Made by a program: the position numbers and the translations under genes. Shown here piece after piece: positions 38,092 to 47,885 of a stretch of 47,885 bases of DNA (position 1 is the first letter of the stretch; each line of letters starts with the position of its first letter). Below the pieces are notes generated by a model. That model made no database searches. It saw only the letters and a list, made by a program, of their open reading frames with translations, and was not told the origin of the DNA. Source of the DNA: Dimorphilus gyrociliatus (lineage: Eukaryota > Animalia > Annelida); the NCBI GenBank assembly GCA_904063045.1, contig CAJFCJ010000085.1, forward strand, positions 1-47,885, written 5' to 3'.

Positions 38092-38220
38092 GGGGTCAAC
38101 AAAAAATGTCCACAAATGAGAAATTTGAAGACTAAAATTTGGATTGAGAAATGGTTAGGCGGAAGAAAACAGCAACTGATTTGTACTTAGGAGGGTCTCC
38201 TATAAGGGTTAGGGCTAATG
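38092..38220 (+). mobile_element. Partial Mutator MITE left end, overlapping the outer end of the 236-bp inverted repeat
   Basis: ggggtcaacaaaaaatgtccacaaatgag.. agggttagggc. A right-TIR-like gatggatattttctatgacaccc lies at ~38882-38905. Confidence 0.6.
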
Positions 38221-38427
38221 AAATTTCAACTTTCGTCAGTGGTCGACTTGCTTTACTAACCACCAAATAGGTGATTTGTAGCGAAAAAAGTGTGGGATTG
38301 AACCAGTACCTATCCTAAGGTATAGTAAGCCTCTCAGAGATCAGTCTGGTGGCAATCTAACCAGCCACTTTTCCCCTCTCACTTGATAAAGGAGGAATAC
38401 CTCCGAAATATTGTGAGGATTTTTTAA
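38192..38427 (-). repeat. Left arm of near-perfect 236-bp inverted repeat
   Basis: Reverse complement of 38923-39158 with only two mismatches, both in the outer ~35 bp. Confidence 0.95.
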
Positions 38428-38922
38428 TTGGTGAATTGTTACAGTTGCTAAACACAGGTTCTCTTCACCCTTGTGGAGAATTTGTAAGTGATTTTGTTGG
38501 AGATACAGTTACAGCTTAGGCTGGGGAATTGTTACTTAAGATAGCAACTCCTCATTAGCCACACCAACCCTTAGCCAAATCTTGATTGCAAGTCTGTGCG
38601 CACTTTTGGGATTACCAGTCTGTACTGATTGTGCTAATCCCTAACCCCAAGACCTAACCTAACCTATAGGGTAGAAGGCTAAGAATAAAATTAAAATTAC
38701 AATTATTATTAAAATTAAATTTAAGAATTAAGAAACCAGTAAAACTTAAATTGCCCTATCTTTACAACAACTTTATTAAAACAACTCTGTTGCCATTGAA
38801 ACTAAATTCAAATTTATTGTCAAAACCCACTACAAAGGAATATTAATAGTTTTGTTAGTAAATGTTACATTAAATAATCTGTGATGGATATTTTCTATGA
38901 CACCCACCACGGCTTAAAACCC

Positions 38923-39158
38923 TTAAAAAATCCTCACAATATTTCGGAGGTATTCCTCCTTTATCAAGTGAGAGGGGAAAAGTGGCTGGTTAGATTGCCA
39001 CCAGACTGATCTCTGAGAGGCTTACTATACCTTAGGATAGGTACTGGTTCAATCCCACACTTTTTTCGCTACAAATCACCTATTTGGTGGTTAGTAAAGC
39101 AAGTCGACCACTGACGAAAGTTGAAATATCATTAGCCCTAACCCTTATATGAGACCCT
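38923..39158 (+). repeat. Right arm of near-perfect 236-bp inverted repeat
   Basis: ttaaaaaatcctcacaat..gcccta acccttatatgagaccct; spacer of 495 bp. Confidence 0.95.
38973..39070 (+). other. tRNA-like / Pol III box A-B element (second copy on the minus strand, ~38280-38377)
   Basis: Box-A-like AGTGGCTGGTTAG; hairpin GTGGC/GCCAC; CAGA/TCTG arm; long variable-arm-like hairpin; box-B-like TGGTTCAATCCCAC; T6 run. Anticodon loop and T-stem imperfect. Confidence 0.3.
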
Positions 39159-39410
39159 TCAAAATCAACTACAAATTTGTCAGGTTGAAAACCATTTGTC
39201 AATTTGTGAATCTCCTTTTGAAAAAAAAATGTACAATTTGAAAGGCATCATCTTTTGCTGTTTAAACTATAGAGAAAGAGAGGAAAGGGAATTTCTATTC
39301 TATTCTTTTTCCTGTGACTACAAAAGTCAATATGAACAGTCTGTTCTCTATTAATAGAGAATAAATTGGAATAAACAATATAAGAAGTAGAATTTTGAGA
39401 TCATTTTGTA

Positions 39411-41117
39411 GGGGCCCACAGAAAACATCCACAACAGAAAATGTCCACAACAGAAAATGTCCACAATTGACAGAAACGTCCACAAATGAACAGAAAATGC
39501 CACAAATGAACAGAAAATATCCACAAGTGAACAGTAAATATCCACATAGTATTAAAAAAATAATTAAATAAGAAGAGAGAAGATGAAATGATTTTAAAAA
39601 AAAATTGTATAAATGAGTTAATATATTTTACTTAATTGATTAAATACTATTGATCTGAGAAAATGAAAACTAGGAAATTGCAAGTAAAAAAGTTTATTTA
39701 AGAAGCTATTTTTTCCAATGGCTTAAACATTTTTGATATTTTTAATTCTGTTGTATTAATACTGCACATATTTAATAATATAAAGCAGAACACATCTCAA
39801 CAAGTTGACTTGCTGTGATGTCTCCAACTATGAAGTTTCCCCATATGGACAAACAGTTCTTTTTGAATTTTTGTGTAGACTTATTTTTGCATTCTCAATA
39901 TCTTCTTCTCACTTAATAACTTTTCATACATGGAAATTAGCTCAGCCTCTCTCTTTAGTTCATCAATAATTGTGTAAAATGATGAATTTATTCCCATGTT
40001 TTTATTGAGTCTATTATGGAATCCTTCCAAATCATTATTTGTTCAGATTGATGGGTTAAACACAGACCAAGTTTCTGGAGGCCAAAAGCTATTTTTTATC
40101 CAATTATCCTCTACATATTCTAATAAATCTTCAAGCTTTTTTCTTTCAGCCAGCTCACTTTTTATTTTGTAAAATTGATTTGCAACCAAAGTGTGAGGGA
40201 GGTAGTGCAAAGCCATAATCATTTTCATTGATTGCCATTCCCCTTCTCTCTTTTTAAATTCTCGGCTGTAACCCATATCCTAAAAGTAGAATAATAAACT
40301 TAGATTAAATTGTGACACTTATTAGCATTATTTCTAACCTGAATTTTTCTAAAAATAGCTTGTGACCAATGAAAAGAACAACCAACTATTGTAACATCTG
40401 GCCATGTATCTCTAATACTTTTCCAAATGGCTTTCTCATAGTCCAAAACAATTTTTTGAACAGAGATGTGACCAGTTAATTCATTTACTGCAGAAACTAT
40501 CATTGATTTAAGTATTTAAAAATATAACTTACCTTGAAAATTAATTTATAAGCTTTTTTCTTTTTTGAAGTTAAGAATGAAAAAAGCAATGGCACCTGCT
40601 TCAGCTCTCCATTTTTCCTTATAAGAATCCATGGATTGAGAACATTTGGAGAAATGGATCCTTTGCAATTTTAAAAGTACCATTCACATACCATATTTTA
40701 GCCTTATACAAAAGTTTTAACTGATGATCAGTTGCAAATACTAATATTCTTTGATTGTCTAAATAAATATCTTTTTTTAGCAATTCCAATGGTATAAAAG
40801 TCAAATCAAGTTGAAAGTTAATATCATCATTGAGTGTTCTCAGCTGCTGAACCAAAGTTTATAAAATAGTATCCCTCTTCAAATACTCTAAATCAGTTAC
40901 CAGTGCTTGAGAAACTTGTTTGCTACTTTATTTATTTATAATGACTTTAGATAAGACAACAAATTTTGGGTTGACAAATGATTAGGAAGAATAAGACAGC
41001 TACTGAGATGTACTTGAGGGCAACCCATCTGAGGGTTAGAGTAATCAACAAAGTTAGAAAGTCTCAAGGTCTGGGTTAGGGTAAAGCCATATATTTGAGG
41101 ACATTTTCCCTAGCATC
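39411..41117 (-). mobile_element. Internally deleted Mutator element with both TIRs and a pseudogenised intron-containing transposase (~39760-40860)
   Basis: Left end ggggcccacagaaaacatccacaa; right end gggttagggtaaagccat..gaggacattttccctagcatc (same ends as the MITEs). WYVNGTFKIAKDPFLQMFSIHG, VLDYEKAIW..GCSFHWSQAI, WPPETWSV..*TNNDLEGFHNRLN. Frameshift and TGA present; no FLYWCH; no TSD found. Confidence 0.88.
39419..39546 (+). repeat. Subterminal tandem array of ~7 units (15-21 bp) of the TIR core motif
   Basis: cagaaaacatccacaa / cagaaaatgtccacaa / cagaaacgtccacaaatgaa / cagaaaatatccacaagtgaa. Confidence 0.9.
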
Positions 41118-41230
41118 TTTATTTATTAAACCCAACTACTAAACTCTAATAGTAGTAATTTAAAAATAATATTCTCTCACAGGAGTTGTTCCAACATGTA
41201 CACATAGGTGCCTGAAACAGCATTCATCGA

Positions 41231-41770
41231 ATGGAAAGTATATTAATCTTACACAATGCTACTGTTGGCAACAGTGAAGTAATAGCAATGAAGCAAGTGA
41301 TAAAAACTATCAGAGAATATAGACCATACCATTTCATTGTCAATGCTAAATTTAACACTTTCAGTTATTTATTTGATACTTTTTATTTTGAAAGTATTCA
41401 AGTATTAAAACTGCATGAAATTAGAATTGAATTCTATATATTCTCAATACTTTTATTCTATATGACCTACTTGAAAGATTTAATCTTGTATGATGTCACT
41501 TTTTTTGGTGATGATGATTTAAATACAGCAGACTTTGATAATGTAAAATATTATCAAGTGCAAAATGTTTACCTTAAAATTTCTTTTTTGTCAAAAAGGG
41601 TTGCATTAGTTTTTGGAAAATTAATTTCCCACCATATTGTGAAGAATTTTCACTGTGAACTTTATAACACAAATCCCAAAGCTGAAAAAGTACTTTTCAA
41701 ATATCTTTCAAAATACTCAAATACAGATATTGAAATTTTGAATATTAAAAAATCTGTCAGCAAGGAATAA
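41231..41770 (+). pseudogene. Unknown ORF with weak LRR-like pattern; probably a decayed exon
   Basis: IQVLKLHEIRI and LKDLILYDVTF resemble LxxLxL. The acceptor at 41182 leads into an in-frame TGA before the ATG. Confidence 0.3.
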
Positions 41771-42618
41771 TAAATATATTGGTAAATTTATGGGACGTTT
41801 GAAAGATTTACAAAAATTGACTTTAAAGCAAATGCAAATTGATAAATTTCTATTTTCAGTCTTAAAGACAGCTTTTTTGGCTTCAGTACAACTAATTAAC
41901 TGTAAAATTTCTTCTCGCCTTTCTTGATTTACTATTTATAAAACTAGTTTCATAACTATCCAAAAAAGACATTCTTTTAAGCAAAAAAGCCTATTTGTAA
42001 ATTTGAGTAAAAATAAAAAAAAGATGAACAAAAAATTGAGAAAAGAAATTTGTCATCAAAAAATAGCTAAAATTCAACTACACACAGAAAAACCATGATA
42101 TGTTCCCTATATTAATGTCTATTGATGGATGCACACAATTATTATTGACATCTTGGCTCTCCTCTTTGAACAGACAAGAAGTTTCTGTAAGTCCAAATGG
42201 GTTTTCAAAAGTCCAATATCTTTTGCTTTTTTGCTCAAATTCTCTGTAATAATGATGTATTTTAGTTCCTTTATTTCCTCATATTTAGTATTTGAAAAAT
42301 TTAAAAATAATTCCTCAATAAAAACTGGTGTTTCTTGGACATCTTCACAGATGAAGATAGACTCATCTTGCTAATCTCTTTCCACACTGATGAAACATCA
42401 ATTTTCAATTATTCCATTTGTGAATTCAATCATTTTTTTTTCAATTGTCCAGAAGGGGTCAACTGTTCTTTATCCCCAAGAGAATAAACATGAACATTCT
42501 TTCTTTCCATTTTCTAACTGTACACTTTGATGTTTACAGAAGATGTGTTCTCAAATGAGAAGAGAAGAAAAACTTTGATAATTTATGTAGACATTTTTGG
42601 CTAATGATTTCCTTGTCT

Positions 42619-42792
42619 CTATAATCTCTATCCTGCAATGTAAGTAGCCATTCTTGCTGACGTTGTCCTTCCTCCATCAAGTTTTAATGATATTCTATCA
42701 CCAGCATTCAATTGAACAATAACACCGCTTGATGCTTGATTGATAAATCGCTCAACATGACGTTTTAGCATTTGTTTCTCTGTTCTATTCAT
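42619..42792 (-). pseudogene. C1q-domain C-terminal relic
   Basis: NQASSGVIVQLNAGDRISLKL..ATYIAG*RL* matches the C1q end motif (S..vl.L..GD.v.l..F.G.ll). Confidence 0.6.
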
Positions 42793-43239
42793 TTAGAAAT
42801 TGTATTTGGTTTTCACTTTTTCTCAGTACAATCTCTTCTCTGACTCTTTCACACGAGTTCAATCATAGTTTCCCTTCCACTGTGCTGATCTTTTGGTATT
42901 GTTGGGGACATTGCAAATGTACTTTAGGTGTTTCGAGTGTTGAACTCTTTTCTTCAAGAAGGGTTACTGAAATTTTTGTTCCAGGGCCACCAATACCATC
43001 AAGAAATTATGTCTTGATAAGGGATATCAAGTATTGAATATTTTGGGCAAGAGTATTGCCAGGAAATTGACTGAATTGTTTTTGAAAACCTTAAAGAATT
43101 GACAGAAAGATTGTCATATTTTCTATCATCCAATCATTTTAAATTCAAACATGTTTTAAAAAAATGTTGAGAAAAGGTAGCCATCTTGAAATTGTGAGAA
43201 ATTAATTCAGCAAATGTTAATTAAAAACAAAATGAATAC

Positions 43240-43257
43240 ATATATATATATATATAT
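43240..43257. repeat. (AT)n microsatellite
   Basis: atatatatatatatatat. Confidence 0.9.
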
Positions 43258-43366
43258 GAATAAAATAAGCTAGTATTATAAGAAGACAATGCTATTCAAT
43301 GAAAAGAATTAGGCCTAAGTATCTAGTATATAAATTGTATTTAAAAAAATGTAATTCTATAAAGAA

Positions 43367-46300
43367 ATGATGTCAATTCATATAGACATCATTTTCTGTT
43401 TAATGCTTGGATTTAATTTGTCATCTTGGCAATCAGAATTTTATAAATTGCAAAATTTAAGACTAAATCAAAATTTTGAAGAAGGATTGCTGATTTACTG
43501 CAATGAAAAACACATCCCTTATGGAGTTGTTTACAAAGAATTGACTATTGAAGAAAGTAATGTATTATGTAAAGAAATGGATTATGATTCGTTACATTCG
43601 AATACTTTTCCTTGTTCTATGAAAACTATTGGAAATTGTTCAACAAAAAACTTGGTAAAAGAAGAATACTCTTTTAGGAAATGGTTTCAAATGTATAAAA
43701 AAAATATTTGAATATTTCAATTATTTTTAAATCCAAATGTTTTTTGTTTTCTTTTTAGTACAAAGTTGAGAAACAATAAAAAGCAGCATGGGCTTTGTTT
43801 GAAATGTTTTAAAAAATTTAGCAAATGTTCATAATCTTTCTTTTCTCTTCTGCTTTAATTCAAATTCAATTTTTTTATTCTTTGTTTATTTTTTTGTTTT
43901 TAAATCAGACACTTTTGCTGTTAGAGAAAAAACTGATGAATATTTTGTCTATTACAAAGAATCAAGAGAAAAATTTTATCAGGCATATGGAGAAATTAAA
44001 AGAAAGGGTAGTTTATGTAGAAGAACTGAATTCTATTCAGAGAAATCTGTTTTAAAGAAATTAAACATATCAAGAAAATTCAAAGTTTTTGTCTACTTTC
44101 GAAGTTATAGGACAATTGTAGAATATAAAACAATCTTGAGCTTAAATTTTACCTGTACATATAAACTTATGAAAGGTATGTTGATACTGTTTTTTTGGGT
44201 TGGATTTCTCAGAATTTTTCACATTTTAGAATTAATTCATGAAAAAATTGGAGGTAATGAACAAAGAACATTTTCTTACAAAGCAATGTATACATTAAAC
44301 ATTGGTTATTATTACTTTTCTAAAACCCATGGTGTTCAACCTCCACTATTTAAACAAATCATTTCATCAAATCATTTTTGTCAAATAAATTTTAAAACTA
44401 AATCAAAGAAAGAGAAATCTTATTGTTACATACAGACCATTGAGTTTAAAATTAAGGTTAGTTAAAATCACTTAGCTTTCAGGATCCCCACATTTTTATT
44501 TTTTCACATTTTCAGAAAGACTCAAACCTGTTTGCTTGTGATTTTGTAAAAGGAATGTTGGAAAACTGTTCTATTGAATCCAATCTTAACACAACCACTA
44601 AAAAATTTCATATAATTAAGTTATACAAATTTGCGAGCAATAATAAAGGTAAATTGAGAGATTACATCTTTTTTTTATCAAATTATCCCAATACTATTGC
44701 ATTTCAAAATAATTGAATCTTGAATTACCTATTACTGAATGTTCATTTTAACTGCTTTAACATAGAAATTTCTTTTGGAATACTGAGTAAACAGGTCATT
44801 CTATTCAGCACGCAACATCATTTTCTAAACTATATACCAGGAATATTTATACTGATTAAAGACGGAAAAATGAACATGTTACCAGTAGCTAATAGACATG
44901 AATATAAAATTATTTGTACCAGTTTTGGATATCAAAATTTCATTATTGATAGAAAAAGTTTCAATGAAAAAGTAATGAGACCAGGTCCATATTCATTGCA
45001 TTGCACCAAGAATGCTACAAACTTGAATGATTGTAGCATTTCAAAACAGCAGATCTTTCAGTAAGGCTTTTTGTTTTTGCACATGTGCCTTTGTGTTTTT
45101 TTATAATGAAAAAACAAAATTTTCAGTTTACCATTTGCTATATATTTGAATTGTACAAATAGTTTTAAAGGTGAAAAAAAGTTATTCCTTTTGTTTTAAA
45201 TGTGAAAAAAATGAGTTTTTCATCTATGGCAGACAGCTATCATAGAGAATGCTTTGGAAAAACAGCTTCATTCTATTATGATAACATTTGCTATTCTTTT
45301 TATAAACATAACAAAACTTTAACAGTTGATGAAATGAGAGAAAATTGTGAAAAAATGAATTCAATTTTAGCTGATTTTGGTTCAGCTAATCTTCAAGAAT
45401 TGTTATTTTTTTTGCAAATTAATGCTCTTTTAATTCTTAAAGAGAAAACTTCTATTCCTATGGAATATCCACTTTATGTTTGTGAGTAGAAAAAAACAAT
45501 AAACTTGATGTTGATACAGATTTTTGAGCAAATAACTTTTCAACAAAATCTTGAGGTCAACTGTTGCCAACATCTGCTAAAATATGGGATTAGGGGGGAA
45601 AACGTCCTGAAAGGGTTAAATTTGGGGTTAGGTTATGGGCTTTTTTAGGGTTAGGGTAATTGAAATCCACTGAAGGTTAAGAGGATTATAGTGCAAAGAA
45701 GTAATTTGCCTAGGGTTTAGGGTTCAAACTAAAAAAATTAGCATGTTTTCTCCCACACCCCTAAAATATCTTTCAAGTAACCCTAAAATATGTTTTTGTT
45801 TAAAAATTAGCTTTAAAGCAAAAGGTATTTCATAGTCAAACTGTCTATGTTACACCAACAAATATACCTTTTTCACTCTATCCAACAAAGCTGACAAATT
45901 TCCATCATGAAGTATGAATACAAAAAAAAAAATTTTTTTAAACTCAGTAATTGTCTGCCATTTTGTTAATGTACTATTTTTTTTTAACTTTAGTCACTAT
46001 GTCAGATACTTGATTCAAAAAATTGTCGAAATTGTGGAAAACAATACAAAGCTTGTGTTGCTGAAAGTCATAGTAGATTAACAAGACATTTAAAGGAATA
46101 TCAAGATTATGAAGGCAACTGTTTAATATTTAGACCAGTAAGTTGTTTTTTATACTTAAAGATGTGTATCAACATTCATTGTCATCTATTGATTTTTAAC
46201 TAGACATTTCGTTCGGATGAGTCTTCTCATGGTAAAACATTTCTAAATTCTTGGTTTAATATTTATTTGAAGTTTGTTTTTTTTTTTAGTCATTTTAGAC

Positions 46301-47885
46301 TGGTTAATCTATAAGATAGAATGCCAAAAAATTCTGGCAAATTATTCAATTTGTCAACAGGAAATGATGACCAAGAAGATAAGTAATATTTACATGTCTT
46401 CAATCATATTTGCATGATTTTGCTAATATTTTTTTTCTTCAAATATTTTTGAGCAAAAAAACTCATTCAAAAATTTAACCAGGAACATTTAATGTTTACA
46501 TTACTAACATTTCACAATCAAAGTTTTGTTCCATTAAATGCCTTTAGATGCAATATAAGCAAAATTTATATCAATATTGTATATGTTTGTGATGGAGAGA
46601 TTGATTGTCCAAATGGTGAAGATGAAATATCATGTGAAAATACAAATGAGCTCTTCCATTGTGATTCCCAAGGAAATTTAAGCATTAGTTATACATTAGT
46701 TTGTGATTCATTTGAGGATTGCCCAAATGGATTTGATGAAATGAATTGCAGTAAGCATTTTGTAATAAATTGACACTTAATAAATCCAGAATTCTAAAAT
46801 AGGAAAAAGAGAATGCAACTTGACACGCAATGAGTAATGTAGATTTTCTTTTTTTTCAACATTTTTTTATTAATATTAGTTATTAAAATTTGAAAAAAAT
46901 AAAGGGTACAATGCAAAAATGGTCAATGTGTAAAAGGGGAATTTGTTTGTAATAATGAAAGAAATTGTTTTGATTCATCAGATGAAATTTGTGGCAATTC
47001 AAGTGCTATCGATTACTCTTTCATTAATAATTGTAACGAAAATCACCAATTTTTTTGTCCCCATAAATGTATTCCTAGATATAAAGTCTGCGATTATCAT
47101 CAAGACTGTCAAAAATCAGGAGATGAATCATTTATGCTTTGCCAATACTTACGAGACATACTTCATTCCAAGTGTAGACTCTCCTATAATTTCAAGGGAG
47201 AAGTGATAACCAGACTTCAGTATCCAGAGTTGAATTTACAAAATTGTGCAGAGGCAAAATGTAAATTAGGCCAATTTTTATGCCCAAAATTTAGGTTCTG
47301 TATAGACATTGAACTTTTGTGTGATGGTATCAATCATTGTTTCCACAATGAAGATGAAACATTTTGTGATGACACTTCAATTATCCTCCAAGGAATGTTT
47401 AAATGCAGAAATGAGAAAAAATTTATCATAATAACAGGAGTTTGTGATGAAATTGTCAATTGTCATAGTGGAAGTGATGAACTTTTCTGCCAAACAACAA
47501 TCTTGCCAAACTACGAGTTATGTGAAAGAATTTCACTGTATGAACTTCACTGCATACAAGAGAATAACAGAAAGAAAACAAATTTTCGATTTCTAGTATT
47601 CAATGATCAACTGAAAAAATTGAAAATTTCTGGTCATATATTTGTAAGGAGTGAAAAAGATGAGGTTTTAATACAAATGAAATGTCTGACAAATAACAAA
47701 CAATGATATATATTTAATCAATGATTTAAAAATATTCCCTAATCTTATCCATCTACAAATTTCATCCACTAGGTTTAAGATATCAGAGTTTAGCAACAAT
47801 ACTAAAACCAGTCTATTTTTGCTGCAACACCTTGACCTTTCAAATAATAATTTGGAAAATCTTATAATTATAAAGCATATAATTT
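43367..47885 (+). CDS. GRL101-like receptor (paralog C), runs off the window end; apparent +1 frameshift near 47690
   Basis: Signal+SRCR-like 43367-43630 (EEGLLIY..LCKEMDY); SKTHGVQPPL exon; SRCR-like 44820-45060 (IICTSFGY..LHCTKNATNLNDC); CTL-like 45240-45480; six LDLa 46500-47500. LRR IFPNLIHL..LQHLDLSNNNL is in a different frame after 47700. Confidence 0.85.
45586..45760 (+). mobile_element. Mutator MITE with 9-bp TSD in an intron of paralog C
   Basis: TSD CTAAAATAT at 45577-45585 and 45761-45769. Ends ggg..gaaaacgtcc / gcatgttttctcccacaccc. Internal ttagggttaggg. Confidence 0.8.

Noticed and set aside
38973-39070. Functional tRNA-Sec gene
   Set aside because: No TCA anticodon, irregular anticodon loop, T-stem mismatch and no upstream TATA. 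Kept only as tRNA-like.
39106-39135. Second hammerhead motif (CTGACGA..GAAA) in the 236-bp arm
   Set aside because: Only 5 nt lie between the core halves and there is no stem I complementarity.
39419-39546. CRISPR-like array
   Set aside because: Units are contiguous with no unique spacers, the context is eukaryotic, there are no cas genes, and the repeat is the transposon TIR core.
42520-42600. C2H2 zinc-finger fragment (KCLHK..SSHLRTHL)
   Set aside because: Only one Cys and one clear His, followed by a stop. Too weak.

Overview
AT-rich eukaryotic (metazoan) genomic DNA with many short GT-AG introns. Its style fits a compact-genome invertebrate, but the species cannot be established from the sequence. 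The supplied ORF track uses TTG/GTG starts and ignores splicing, so many of its N- and C-termini are artefacts. Main content: (1) three paralogous multi-exon GRL101/LGR-type GPCR genes (6390-12600 -, 24035-29697 -, 43367->47885 +), each with six LDLa modules, LRRs and (where in the window) a 7TM. Each also has an extra N-terminal signal peptide plus degenerate SRCR-like and C-type-lectin-like exons. A fourth, truncated copy lies between two ~740-bp inverted repeats. (2) Other recognition-type or secreted genes: a 57-aa-repeat RNI-like LRR ORF, a LamG-like protein, a discoidin-like protein, a CBM14-CBM14-TSP1-C1q(-Ig) mosaic with two in-frame TGA, and C1q/LDLa relics. (3) An intronless, bacterial-type NAD(P)-binding Rossmann/epimerase gene with a candidate 5'UTR intron (HGT candidate), and a GNAT gene. 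(4) Mobile DNA: two intron-containing Mutator (MULE) transposase genes plus a remnant, a family of TTAGGG-bearing Mutator MITEs (two with 9-bp TSDs), a minimal hammerhead-ribozyme motif at the 3' end of a coiled-coil ORF, a Penelope-type GIY-YIG relic, and a near-perfect 236-bp inverted repeat containing a tRNA-like fold. All domain calls come from motif recognition by eye; no searches were run.
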